A stretch of 62,990 nucleotides of DNA, filler included, from Pirum gemmata (taxonomy: Eukaryota): the NCBI GenBank assembly GCA_002812295.1. It is 27 parts of 27 records of this genome, joined end to end, with 100 filler letters (N's around TTAATTAATTAA, not from the genome) between each part and the next. Parts side by side here need not be neighbours in the genome. Positions count along the whole stretch, not along the records: positions 12,463 to 14,582 come from PDIN01008339.1; positions 14,683 to 16,792 come from PDIN01008340.1; positions 16,893 to 19,001 come from PDIN01008341.1; positions 19,102 to 21,221 come from PDIN01008342.1; positions 21,322 to 23,432 come from PDIN01008343.1; positions 23,533 to 25,656 come from PDIN01008344.1; positions 25,757 to 28,579 come from PDIN01008345.1; 20 more parts are not named here. One strand, given 5' to 3'. A program made the position numbers and the translations under genes. Position 1 is the stretch's first letter. Each line of letters starts with the position of its first letter. Under the pieces are notes generated by a model. It had not been told where the DNA came from and searched no databases. It saw only the letters and a list, made by a program, of their open reading frames with translations. This document shows, in pieces, positions 12,481 to 25,784 of this stretch.

Positions 12481-14110
12481 TATTGTCTTGTTGGATTTTT
12501 TAAATTTGGGTTAAGTATTAACATTGAAAAGGCTATGTTTTCATTGTCCTTTGTCTTGTTGGCTTTTTGGGTTAGTAACCATACGTAACTTTTTAGAGTT
12601 TTTGGGAGGTATGTTAAATTTGTAATTATTCAATTTTTAAAATAATCTTTTCCCATTCATTTAGTTCTATATTCCAAAGGTTGCTGAGGTTGTTATCATC
12701 AATTAAAAGTTTTCGTTTTGAGGTTTTCTTCTGTTTTTTATACTACTGTTTTCCATAATATTAATCAATTGTAAATTCCACTTTATGGAGGTGTTACTAG
12801 AGGTTTGGACTTTGCGAATGTTTCTGTTATTGTTTTGGTCGTTTCTTTTTTACACGTGGTTTTATATTGTTGTTGTATTATTGGGTGAATAAAGATATTT
12901 TGTTTAATAATATTGAAAAATTAGTTGTTAATTAAACTTATTGTTGTTGTTAGTTTGATGGTTGTAGTAATTGTTCTGTGATTATTATTATTTGTGTTGC
13001 ATGTGAAAATGTATTGAAATATTTTAATAAGGTTAGCGTTTCTTCTTGTTATTAAGATCTAGAGGTTGATCATGTTGATGTCTCCTTTGTTTTTGGGCGT
13101 TTAATTAATTAAAATTTGATATTGCCTTGTGTAAATTGGTTATTGGTGATACTTTGAGAGCTAAAACCTTAGGCCGTGGCTCAGACCCTAGCTTTCATAG
13201 CCATCTAGTAGTAGGACTGTGGTTCTACAGTACTTTTTCTTTTTGCGTATAATATCTTCGTATAGACTCTTCGTATTTACATTATGGTGTATCACGTGAC
13301 ATTTGGTATTAAGCCACTCCCGATGCTTTATTAGCCATTAACATCCCAGTATTTTTTTGCGTATTTTCTTTGTGTATTTTTAATTTTTTACACAATATCT
13401 TTTTTCGCAATTTCGGGTTTGAGCAGAACTGTTTCTACAAAGCATTGTTACACTTGTTGTTTACAAAGTGTTTACAACCTCTTGTAGTTTTCTTGTTCAG
13501 AGTGTTTACAACCTCTTGTAGTTTTCTTGTTCAGTTGTTCCGTATAATTTTATAAATAACAGTATTTAATCATTGGTCAATAATATAAACGTGATACAAA
13601 GGACAATGAAAAAATAGCCTTTTCAATGTTAATACTTAACCCAAATTTAAAAAATCCAACAAGACAAAGGACGTTGAAAAAATAACCTTTTCAATGTTAA
13701 TACTGCTCCAAAGAATTTCCACCAAAAGTCAAACTAAAAATTTTTAAACATAGACAAACTTGTAAAAATAGCTAGGCTATAGAACTGAGGACTATAGAAT
13801 AGCTAACCTACATCAAAAAATCACTAAACATAAATTCAAATAAAAATCACTAAACATAAATTCAAATATAGACGACAATGCCAACAATTTCCAAAACAAC
13901 AACTACAACGCTCTGATACTAGGAACAAAAGATTAAAAACCAATATTTCTACAACAGAAGAATAAAATAATTGTTAATCATATAGACTACTTAAATATTT
14001 ATGGTATTATTATGAAAAATACACAAGTAAAACCGAATGAAAATCAAATCATTAATTTATATACCAAAGTGTTACGAAACAAATCAAGAAATTACAAGTT
14101 TAATTAACTA
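12481..14110. mobile_element. Degenerate L1/Tx1-like non-LTR retrotransposon 3' remnant with an internal inversion
   Basis: Minus strand reads ...NEWEKII...LPKTLKSYVWLLTQKANKT (zf-RVT-like). Plus strand ~13690-14040 reads QC*YCSKE...LLKYLWYYY. A ~70-bp inverted duplication links 12484-12554 and 13597-13667. Confidence 0.4.
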
Positions 14111-15644
14111 TATATCTGTAGCTTACTGCTCCTCCTTAATTAATAACAGGAATTTTTTTTCCTAGCTAGCTAGTCTACACTCTACAGTGGACTGGGATTC
14201 AACTGAGCCACGGCCTACCATATTCGACAAAAGTAACTGTTTCTACAAAGCATTGTTACACTTGTTGTTTACAAAGTGTTTACAACCTCTTGTAGTTTTC
14301 TTGTTCAGTTGTTCCGTATAATTTTATAAATAACAGTATTTAATCATTGGTCAATAATATAAACGTGATGTCATCAATTTTTGGAAATGTTCAAACCTGG
14401 TTCTCACTACTCCAATGAAATATATTATAATATTATAATATTATTGTTGTAAAATCTCTTTTTACTGGAAGAGTTGCTTCCCGCAAGCACAGTATAGGTC
14501 TACACATATGTGTAACAATAATAATAAAAATACTATTTTGGAATAGTATATAATTTTTTTTTTTTTTTTTAAAAAGGTGGGTNNNNNNNNNNNNNNNNNN
14601 NNNNNNNNNNNNNNNNNNNNNNNNNNTTAATTAATTAANNNNNNNNNNNNNNNNNNNNNNNNNNNNNNNNNNNNNNNNNNNNAAAGTGGTACCGACAACC
14701 AGTAAGAAAACAATTGATATGAATAGGAAAAAAAAACTTTTATGTTTTATTGGTTGAAACAATTCGAAATTATAAAAACTAAAAACGGACTACTTTTTTT
14801 TACTAAGTTTTTTTATGTACGAAAATTTCAAGCCTATAAAATACTACTAAATTACTTATGTTCGAAAAGTTTCAAAATATAAAAGTTCTATTGTAGTAAA
14901 ACCGAAAGTTGGAAATTTTTTAATTACTTGCACCATGTAATAGACTAAAGTAATTACTAAAATGGTAATCTAGACTACAAATTTACTAGACTAAGTAATT
15001 ACTAAAATGGTAATCTAGACTACAAATTTAGTAGTACAAATTTAATACAAAACTTTACTTATTTGGTAGTGCTGTTTACTGTAGCCAATAGAAAACTCTA
15101 ATTAGTTAACTTTGGTTACATAATATAATTTTTTTTTTTTTTGTCAAGTATGACTTTTATGGTTTTCATTACTATTAATGTACATATTATTACTTTGATT
15201 AGTAACTAATATAGTTAAATATACTATTTTAAGCTATTCAACTGCTATTATTAGTAAGAAACACGGAACTAAGGTTGGCTCGATAAACATCTGTTCGAAA
15301 ATAAGGTTGGCTCGATAAACATCTGTTCGAAAAAAGTTCCAGTAGATATCTCACCCCTACTTTTTTTATTTTATAATTATTGTTGTTGATTGTAAAGTCT
15401 TTGAGTTCGCGCATGGTTTTGTTTATTTTTTGTCAAGTATATGACATTGGTTTTTTATTCTATTATTATTGTTGTTGATTGTAAATTAAGTCTTTGAGTA
15501 CGCGCATGGTTTTGTTTATAATAATAACAAGCTATCCCATTATACTCGTCAATATTTAAACTGCTACTGCTACATAATATTATATAGATAGTTATTATAT
15601 TTCTGAGGTCCAGAATCAAAAGTGTTAGGATTAATTAGTAAGGT

Positions 15645-15770
15645 TTAGGGTTGGGGTTAGGGTTGGAGGGTATGGTTGGGGTAGGGGTGGTTGGGATTGG
15701 GGTTGAGGTTGGGGTTGAGGTTGAGGGTGTTGGGATTGGGGTTAGGGTTGGGATTGGGGTTGGGGTTGGG
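15645..15770 (+). repeat. Degenerate G-rich telomere-like repeat (TTRGGG variants)
   Basis: Mixed ttaggg, ttgggg and ttgagg units. Confidence 0.7.
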
Positions 15771-16892
15771 ATTCACTCATTTTGTATATAATAATATTAT
15801 AGTAATAGTGATAGTGGTATAATTATAGATAATTATTATATAATATTATTAATATAGTAATCCTACATCTATATAGATAATTATATTATATAATATTATA
15901 GTAATATTATAGTAATGGTAATATTAATGGTAATGGTAATGGTGATAGAAAAGGAATAAAAGTAATAGCAATATCAATAGTAATAGTAATAGTAATAGTA
16001 ATAGTAATATATAGTAATATAGAACAACGGTAATAGTAATATTATTAATAATAGAAATACAAAAAGAAATAGTAATAGTAATAGTAATTAATAGCTATAG
16101 CTATAGCTATAGTAATAGTAATAGTAATAGTAATTATAATAGTAATAGTAATTATAATAGTAATATTAATTATATTAATATATAATATAGTAATGATATA
16201 TATAATTTTATAGTAATAGAGTATAATAGCTATAGTAATAGTAATAGTACTAGTATTAATAATAATTATAATAATAGTACTAGTAATATTTATTATTAAT
16301 AGTAATAGTTATATATAGTAATAGTAATGGTAATGGTAATGGTAATGGTAATTAATGGTAATGGCAATGGTAATAATATATAGTAATAGTGATAGTAATT
16401 ATAACAGTAATAGTAATAATAGTAATAGTAATAATAATAATAATAATAGTAATAGTAATAGTAATAATAATAATAATAATAATAGTAATAGTAATAGTCA
16501 ATAATACACCAATATATAATTATTATAATAATATTATAATATACGTGTGGTGGTACTAGGGCTCGATTCGATAATATTATAAATATGATTAAGTTGATAA
16601 TATGTATGTGATGAGTCGACGGCTTCGAGCGGACTCCAACCTCTAAAAGTCAATACTCGAGCTAGTGATGATACTTTTCTGGAACCACTTCAGTATACGC
16701 ATAATATGATAAGAAAACCAACGATTTGGAATCCCAAATGATAAAAACTAAATCCTGGTTATAATGATAATGATAATGATAATGATAATGATNNNNNNNN
16801 NNNNNNNNNNNNNNNNNNNNNNNNNNNNNNNNNNNNTTAATTAATTAANNNNNNNNNNNNNNNNNNNNNNNNNNNNNNNNNNNNNNNNNNNN

Positions 16893-17010
16893 TTAGGGTT
16901 AGTTAGGGTTAGGGTTAGGGTTAGGGTTAGGGTTAGGGTTAGTATGTGTGATTGCAATGATAACCCTGGTACTTCTACTAGGGTTAGGGTTAGGGTTAGG
17001 GTTAGGGTTA
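16893..17010 (+). repeat. Two (TTAGGG)n blocks separated by unique sequence
   Basis: Read directly from the sequence. Confidence 0.85.
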
Positions 17011-17309
17011 TATTGTCACTCAGAATATTTATTTGGTTGGTTATAATATTTAAATTGTCATTTTTTAATGAATAAATAGATAACAATGTGTGCCAAATTA
17101 AACGAAATGTATTTTTATTGTATTAATTTGGTACTCTTTATGGTATATTTTATGATTTGGTTGGTTATAATATTTAATTAAAAGTTATCATTTTTAAATG
17201 AATAAATAGATAATAATGTGTACCAGATTAAACGAAATGTATTTTTATTGGCTTTAGTTCCTTGACTATCCTTGAACTGTGCTTACAACGGGTGGGTCTA
17301 TTGTGGTTA

Positions 17310-17488
17310 GGAATCACCCATAAAGGACGTCACCTAATCTTACCTATACCTTTTTGTCCAAAACACTTTTGGTCATAATTTTAAAGTTCAATTTAATAAT
17401 TAATTACTGCCTAAAACAATTTAAGTCACACTTTCGAGCAATGACTTCTATCAAAGAATAAGTGACGTCCTTTATGAATGTTTGTTCC
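17310..17488. mobile_element. PIF/Harbinger-like MITE, family D
   Basis: TIRs ggaa...cataaaggacgtcac / gtgacgtcctttatg...ttcc with a TTA target-site duplication. Copies at ~41040-41141 and 46320-46495 (inverted). Confidence 0.75.
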
Positions 17489-17661
17489 TTATGGAATGGT
17501 TTTATTTGTGCTCTTTTATTAATTTATGATACTAGGCTATTTTAGTTGTCATTTTGGTTTTCTAGAAAATATTTTTTGTTTTCTTTTTGGTGGTGTCAGA
17601 AGGAGTCAGGAATAAGAAGCTAAAAATAGCTTCTTACACCCAAACTGTAATAGTAATAGCA

Positions 17662-17694
<33 letters not shown>

Positions 17695-17871
17695 TGATGA
17701 TAATGATATGTTGATAATGATAATGATTTGATGATAATATTAATGATAATGATAATGATAATGATAATGATAATGATAATGATAATGATAATGATATGAT
17801 ATATATTATATTATGTACACATGTAATGATAATGATAATGATAATGATAATGATAATGATGATGATAATAT

Positions 17872-17902
<31 letters not shown>

Positions 17903-18228
17903 AATGAGAATGGGAATGAGAATACTTGGCAGTCATACTTTGTTCTGTCTGTTTATATTTCAGTCTTATCATATATTTAAAAAATAATATAAAACTAAAT
18001 ATTATATTTATAAAAAAAAATAAGAAAATAATCTTGTGAAAATCATCAATTTTATATGCGAAAAGGCGGGTTTTAGACTTTAGATTGGGCGCATTTTTTA
18101 AAAAAAACGCTTAATGGCTTCGCTACCCGTTCCTAATCCGCCTCCGTCCGACGAACAAGTTTTATCGGATCCGAATAATTTTAAAAGTTCGAATCGATTT
18201 TTATGTTTTTTTAGTATTAGTTATGAAG

Positions 18229-18260
<32 letters not shown>

Positions 18261-19505
18261 AAATTTTCGGATCTGTTTGAAAATATCAGAAAACTTTCGA
18301 ATCAATCCGGAATGCTAGAAAAGTGCCAGCAACGAGAACATTTTCGGGGATGAACAACTGACACAAAAATCCCCTTTTGCTGTGGGTAATTTATCCGCTT
18401 AGTAAGGGGGAGGAGATGGGGTCCATGCCTACATTTTCTGTTTCTAGGCTGTTTCCAATGTTTGGGTGCGATTTTAGTTTTATCTTATAAATAAATGCGA
18501 AGAAATACAAAATGCGGGGAGTGGCGTGGTGGTTGGATCATTTTCACATCAGGCTCTTTTTCCGCATGGGTAATTTGACATTAATTATATATTATTTGGC
18601 TAGTTGAAAAATAAATTTTTATTTATTTTTATATGTTTTTTAAATAAAATGTTGCCGAATAAAATTAATTTGGCAGACTTATTTTTTAATAGACTTTTTT
18701 TTTTAACACCCATGCCAGATAAATTTGCAAAATCTGCTATAGTCTAGGGTCTGTTTGAGCTCAAAATCTGGCAAAATCTTAAAATAGTCCAATTTTAATG
18801 AAAAGTATGCTCAAATGTTTAGAAATCGTATAACTAAGAAAACTCTATTATGAACCAATCGACAGTTTTTAATAACAATTTGGCTATTTATAATAAATTA
18901 AAGTTTTTAGAAAAGAAGTCTTTAGAAAAAAAAATTTCTACCATTTTTATCCGGCTTGGCTGGCTTGGCTGTTTTAACTACTACTACTACTACTACTACT
19001 ANNNNNNNNNNNNNNNNNNNNNNNNNNNNNNNNNNNNNNNNNNNNTTAATTAATTAANNNNNNNNNNNNNNNNNNNNNNNNNNNNNNNNNNNNNNNNNNN
19101 NTATAGATTTTTTTTTAATAGTGAACAAAACTATTGCTACCAAACAACATAATTATGAAAATACTATAGGTATCGCTAGCCTTGTATATAGTTTCGATGG
19201 AGAGGAGAATAATAATAATAATATAATAAATTAATTTAATTTAATAAGCTAAAATAAAGTAAAAAAAAATACAGCACAGCATTAAATATCTTTCGTTATT
19301 TTTATTGGTTTATATAATTTTATTTTTGTTTTTATATATAATATATTTTTTTTTACTTTATTGTAATTGACATAATGATTATAATTATATATAATAATAT
19401 TATTAATTAAGTGTATAAAAGGGTATATATAAGCTGTGATCAAAATCAAAATAAGATAAAATCAGTAAAAAAACAAAAGAAAACACACACACGCGCACAT
19501 AAAAA

Positions 19506-21034
19506 ATGTTTTTTCTAAATAATATTATGTTGACTTTGGTCTCTTTGGCCTTAAATTTCGTCTGTGGTGCTCCTGAACCAAAATTTGATTTGTTTTTCGA
19601 TGCTGTTCAATGTAAAAACGTTACTTTTAGTTCAAACTCATATATGAAAATTATTTTCAACAAAAATCCATTTCATTTGGAGACTGAAAAGGCTCCCACT
19701 CCAATCCAACGCCCTGGGAACACTCCTGCTGATGAAGGGCATGTTACTTTTAAGACGAGGTAATTTCGAGTACTGGTAATAAAGATGCTACATCATTACA
19801 AAATTTGATTAATAAATATGAAGGTTCATTTAAGGATGATAAAAATAAAAACGAATGTAAATATAGTTTACAAGCTAGAAACCCAAAATGTTCTGCACCA
19901 TTTGAATTTGATCGGAATTCTTTATCGTGTAATTGTCCTAGTGGTAAAGGTGAAAATAATGGTAAATGTGTTTCATGTCAAAATAATCAAATAATAAGTA
20001 ATGGTCGTTGTAAGACTTGCTTGAATGGTAAAATTGTAAGCAACAATCGCTGTGTATGCCCAAGAGATAAAATCAAAAGAAATGGTCGCTGTGAATGTCC
20101 AAGTAACAAAATTGTTAAAAATGGACAATGCGTTTCATGTCCACGTAATTAAATTGTCAGTAATGGTCAATGTGTACCATGTTCTAACAATCAAGTTATA
20201 AGCAATGGTCAATGTGTTTCATGTCCAAACAATCAAATTATAAAAAATTATCGATGCGCTTCCTGTGCTAATAATCAGGTTATAATTAATGGTCAATGCG
20301 TTTCATGTACTAATAATCAAGTTGTAAGAAATGGACAATGCGTTTCATGTCCTAATAATCAAGTTATCAGTAATGGTCAATGCGTTTCGTGTCCAAATAA
20401 TAAAGTTATCAGTAATGGTCAATGCGTCTCATGTTCAAACAATCAAGTGATAAGCAATGGTCAATGCGTTTCATGTTCAAATAATCAAGTAGTCAGTAAT
20501 GGTCAATGCGTTTCATGTCCTAATAATCAAGTTATCAGCAATGGTCGATGCGCTTCCTGTGGTAATAATCAGGTTATAAGTAATGGTCGATGCGCTTCAT
20601 GTCCTAATAATCAGGTTATAAATAATGGTCAATGCGTTTCATGTCCTAATAATCAAGTTGTTAGCAATGGTCAATGCGTTTCATGTTCCAATAATCAAGT
20701 TATCAGCAATGGTCAATGCGTTTCATGTCCTAATAATCAAGTTGTTAGCAATGGCCAATGCGTTTCATGTTCCAATAATCAAGTTATCAGCAATGGTCAA
20801 TGCGTTTCATGTTCCAATAATCAAGTTATCAGCAATGGTCAATGCGTTTCATGTCCTAATAATCAAGTTATCAGTAATGGTCAATGCGTTTCAAACCCTA
20901 CTCCTGTTTCCTGTCCAAATAATCAAATTAAAAGTAATGGACAATGCATTGATAATCTAAATTCATTTGCGAATACAAATCATTATTTCCTTTTTGTACA
21001 ATTATTTTTATTTATTTTGTACAAAGAAATTTAG
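19506..21034 (+). pseudogene. Cys-rich repeat surface antigen (signal peptide, ~20 x 14-aa CVSCPNNQVISNGQ, GPI-like tail), disrupted
   Basis: The three listed ORFs (19506, 19805, 20447) join into one gene. There is a frame break at ~19750-19770 and an in-frame TAA at 20150-20152 where the repeat has CAA. Both termini are hydrophobic. Confidence 0.75.
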
Positions 21035-21863
21035 GCAAGAATTTTATCTTCGATGACAGGGTCCAACTAAATGTTTATTGTGATATTTAATAGCCTTGAT
21101 TATTCGATTTCTTTCTTCATCATTTTTTAAGAATAAACAATACGATTGATAACAAAAACCAAAACAATTATAATTGATATTATTATTTGAACTCGAAAGT
21201 ATTATTATTATTATTATTATTNNNNNNNNNNNNNNNNNNNNNNNNNNNNNNNNNNNNNNNNNNNNTTAATTAATTAANNNNNNNNNNNNNNNNNNNNNNN
21301 NNNNNNNNNNNNNNNNNNNNNTTGACTTTTTTAAATGAATAAATAGATAATAAAATATACCAAATACTGAAAAGCACGATACTACTATTACTAGCTAGGT
21401 CTACTACTAATACTACTACTAACACTACTACTACTACCATGGTAGTTCTACTACTACTACTACTGTTATCAATACTATTGATATCGTGTTTTTCAATTAC
21501 CTCTAGGCTCGTACCTACTAGGGAGCGTCCAAATATTACGTAACGCTAATTTCCGGTTTAATACAGCTTCAAATACCCTTATCTACCCCTCGTCATTAAT
21601 TTCCGGTCAAATACCACCTACCTATCTACCCCTTGACGTGACGTACTATTTGAACGCAAGGGCATCTAGTATTGTCCAGTTCAAAAACTGAAATAAGCTT
21701 ACCAAATTATAATTAATTGGTCATGTTTTAATTAATTTGATACTTTATATAGTAATTTTATATTTATAAAAAAGTTCAATTATACAATCGAACGGAACCA
21801 AATTAAAGATAGAAAGGACAACTGTAATGAAATAGACGATACATTTATAATAATATAATAAAT

Positions 21864-21884
21864 GGGTTAGGGTTAGGGTTAGGG
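21864..21884 (+). repeat. Short (TTAGGG)n
   Basis: Read directly from the sequence. Confidence 0.7.
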
Positions 21885-21929
21885 TACTACTGTTACTATA
21901 TTTATATATAATAAATAACCAAAAAAGGT

Positions 21930-23432
21930 AATATGATTCTTCCTTTGTTATCGATGCTGTTGTTATGGTTGTTTAAATAACCAAATAAAGTAGTTTTATT
22001 TCTTATTTTGTTGTGGTCAAGTTTATAATAACTTAATAAAGTAAATTAACTACACTCTTCCAGTTATTATTCTTTCTTTGTTATTGATGTTGTTGTTATG
22101 GCTGAATACAATAACCAAATAAAGCAATTTTATTCCTTATTTTGTTGTGATTGGGTTATATAATAACCTAATAAAGTACATTAATTTTTATTTCCGGGTG
22201 AAATTTTAACCTTCAGCATACCGCCTCGATTGTCTTTACTACATTATTCTTACTTGGTTATTGATGTTGTTGTTATGGTTGTATACAATAACCAAATAAA
22301 GTAATTTTATTACTTATTTTGTTGTGGTAGGTTATAATAACCTAATTAAGTAAATTAATTTCTTTTTTCAAGTTAAACTTTAACCTTCAGCATCCCACCT
22401 CGGTTGTCTTTACTACAATCAACATGTAAGTACTTATTCTTATTTAAGTGTTCTTCGACTCTTTTTTTTTGTTATTGTTACTAAGAAATGTCATTCTTAC
22501 TTTTTTATTGATGTTGTTGTTATGGTTATATACGATAACCAAATAAAGTAATTTTATTCCTTATTTTGTTGTGGTTAGGGTGCATAACAACCTAATAAAG
22601 TAAATTAATTTCTTTTTTCAAGTCAAACTTTAATTAACCTTCAGCATACCACCTCGATTGTCTTTACTACAATCAACATGTAAGTACTTATTCTTATTTA
22701 ATTATTCTTCCGACTCTTTTTTTTTGTCATTGTTACTAAGAAATGTTATTCTTACTTTGTTATTGATGTTGTTATTATGGTTATATAGAATAACCAAATA
22801 AAGTAATTTGATTCGTTATTTGGTTGTGGTTAGGATTATAATAACCTAATAAAGTAAATCAATTTCTTTTTCAAGTCAAACTTTAACCTTCAGCATACCA
22901 CCTCGATTGTCTTTACTACAATCAACACATAAGTGCTTATTAAGTATTCTTCGACTCTTTTTCTTTGTTATTGATGTTATTATGGTTGTATACAATATTG
23001 TTGCTATGGTTGTATACAATAACCAAATCAAGTAATTTTATTCTATATTTTGTTGTGGTTAGGTTGTATAATAACCTAATAAAGTAAATTAATTTCTTTT
23101 TCAAGTCAAACTTTAACCTTCAGCATACCACCTCGATTGTCTTTACTACAATCTACATATAAATACTCATTCTCATTTAAGTATTCTTCTACTCTTTTGT
23201 TTATTGTTACTAAGAAATGTCATTCTTATTTTGTTATTGATGTTGTTGTTATGGTTACAATAACCAAATAAAGTAATTTTATTCCTTATTTTGTTGTGGT
23301 AAGGTTGCATAGTAACCTAATAAAGTAAATTAATTTCTTTTTCAAGTCAAACTTTAACCTTCAGCATACCACCTCGATTGTCTTTACTACAATCACCATA
23401 TAAGTACTTATTTCATTTAAGTATTCTTCGAC
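21930..23432. repeat. ~230-255-bp tandem satellite, 5-7 diverged copies
   Basis: Anchor ttaaccttcagcat(a/c)cc at ~22206, 22380, 22634, 22883, 23113 and 23353. Confidence 0.9.
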
Positions 23433-23658
23433 NNNNNNNNNNNNNNNNNNNNNNNNNNNNNNNNNNNNNNNNNNNNTTAATTAATTAANNNNNNNNNNNN
23501 NNNNNNNNNNNNNNNNNNNNNNNNNNNNNNNNACTATTACTGTTACTATTATTATTTTTATTATTAACTGTTATCAACTGTTATCAACTATTATTAATTA
23601 TTAATTATTATTCATTATTATATTAATTATTAATCATTGAAATTTTTGCGCTTTGTAG

Positions 23659-25029
23659 GTGATGAGACAACATTCAACAAGTATGCTCATGAAAATGGTA
23701 TATTAGCCCAAAACAATTACGATGTTTATGCTTTAGCCATCGGTGATCCAAAAACATTCCAACAAAAACAATTACAAAGTTTAACTAACAATAAGAATAA
23801 GGTATTGGAAATTGAGAATTTTGATGCTTTGAAAGATCATTTTGAAGAATTAACAAATTTGTTTTCAAATTATACTTGTGATGTCACGTGTCAATACAAA
23901 GACTGGGTCCCGCAAACGTGTACTCCCAACAATGGTTTAGAGTGCGACGGGACTGTTGCCCATATTAAGGGGACAAACAGTTCTAGTAGACAACCATTGT
24001 ATCCAGTTAGTATTAAAGGAACATGTGAATTGCAAACTGAAACCGACGATTGTTTAGTTGAATGCCCCCCTGTTGATTGTAAAATGGGGGAATGGTCAAC
24101 TTGGAGTACATGCGAAAATTACACATGTGATGGCATTTCCCACACGGCACCTGGTAATCAAACTCGCAATATTAAGAAATTATCTGACGCGATTAATGGA
24201 GGTAACTCTTCGTGTGCAGATAAGACTGAAACTCAAAAGTGCGATGCAACAAATTGCAAAGTGGATTGTAAAATGGGGGAATGGTCAACTTGGAGTACAT
24301 GCGAGACTTCCCAATGTGATGGTACTTCCCCCTCGGCACCTGGTAATCAAACTCGCAATATTAAGAAATTATCTGACGCGATTAATGGAGGTAACTCTTC
24401 GTGTGCAGATAAGACTGAAACTCAAAAGTGCGATGCAACAAATTGCAAAGTGGATTGTAANCCAATGTGATGGTACTTCCCCCACGGCACCTGGTAATCA
24501 AACTCGCAATATTAAGAAATTATCTGACGCGATTAATGGAGGTAACTCTTCGTGTGCAGATAAGACTGATACTCAAAAGTGCGATGCAGATTGCAAAGTA
24601 GATTGTAAATTGGGAGAATGGTCAGAATGGGAAATCACAAAAAATGCTACTTGCCCAAACATCAAAGGAAGTAAAACGAGAAAGAAAGAAGTTATTATCC
24701 AAGGTGCGAACAAAGGTAATGTAAACTGCACAGAAGTTTCTGAAGTTAATGCAATCAACACAACAGACTGCCCACAAACTGTTACAGGAGGTGATCCACC
24801 CCAAAACCCAGATTCTGGAGGGGTTCCTGTTTTGGCAATCGTTGCAGGTTCAGTGGGAGCTGCAGCTGCAGTTGCAGCGTGTGTGGCCTTGGCTGCCTAT
24901 AAATTTAAAGGGAGTGATGTACCCACGGATGGGGCCGACGTTGGCGACGCTGGTGCAGTAGAACAGGGTACATCATCTCCTCTTTATGAAGGAGACGGTA
25001 GTAATACTGCTAACCCTATTTTTGAATAA
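23659..25029 (+). CDS. vWA + thrombospondin type-1 repeat type I membrane adhesin (3' part; the frame break at the single N at 24461 is an assembly collapse)
   Basis: After acceptor tgtag|gt comes the C-terminal half of a vWA domain (VYALAIGD...LEIENFDAL...C). Then TSP1 repeats VDCKMGEWSTWSTC...GNQTR (189-bp near-identical units), an Ala/Gly-rich TM, and an acidic tail ending SPLYE...NPIFE*. Confidence 0.8.
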
Positions 25030-25784
25030 AAACCTTATTGTTGATTATTATTATTATTATTATTAATTATTTATTTTAATATTTTTATTTTTAATGGAAG
25101 CCGATAAAATTGGTGATTATATTATTATTGTTATTATTGAAAATAATATAAACTTATTTTTTAAAAGCAGATTTATTTTTTAAAAAAATAATTATAAGTT
25201 CGAACATATTCCAAAATGACAAAAATTTTAATGTAAATATAGGGAGTTCTGTTCAAAAAACTCGAAAGTGAATTAATATTTTTTGAAAATCCAAGAGTTT
25301 TATTTTTTACAACAATACCATTTTATAAATATTGTACTATCACGCTCTATGATATAATCATATTATTATTATTATTATTATTTTAAAATTATTATTATTA
25401 TTATTATTAATTTTCTGACACCCCCCAGAGAGCTCTCTTCTCTAACCCGTCAAACCGGGTCTACTCCGCCCGATTGACTTCTCCCAATTCTGCTTTTTTT
25501 TAAAAAATCAAATTTTCAAGCCTATGCATTAGTTAAATAAGTTCGAACATTTTGAGCTAACAGTTAAGTATTCGAGTATATTTATTTATTTATAAACCGG
25601 AAAAAATAGAAAATCATTTTCGAACAGGGCTGAATTTCAGCTTTTTTTTTTTTTTTNNNNNNNNNNNNNNNNNNNNNNNNNNNNNNNNNNNNNNNNNNNN
25701 TTAATTAATTAANNNNNNNNNNNNNNNNNNNNNNNNNNNNNNNNNNNNNNNNNNNNTTATTATTTATTATTTATTATTTATTAT

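Noticed and set aside
18050..18570. tRNA, snRNA or rRNA genes in GC-richer patches (also 29800-29870, 46590-46660, 60745-60794)
   Set aside because: No cloverleaf, A/B boxes or recognisable conserved RNA sequence was seen.
21930..23432. CRISPR array or array of Fanzor guide cassettes
   Set aside because: Whole units are homologous with no unique spacers, there is no similarity to the Fanzor 3' hairpins, and it lies on a different contig.
24455..24470. Programmed frameshift in the TSP1 adhesin
   Set aside because: The break coincides with a single N inside near-identical 189-bp repeats, i.e. an assembly collapse.
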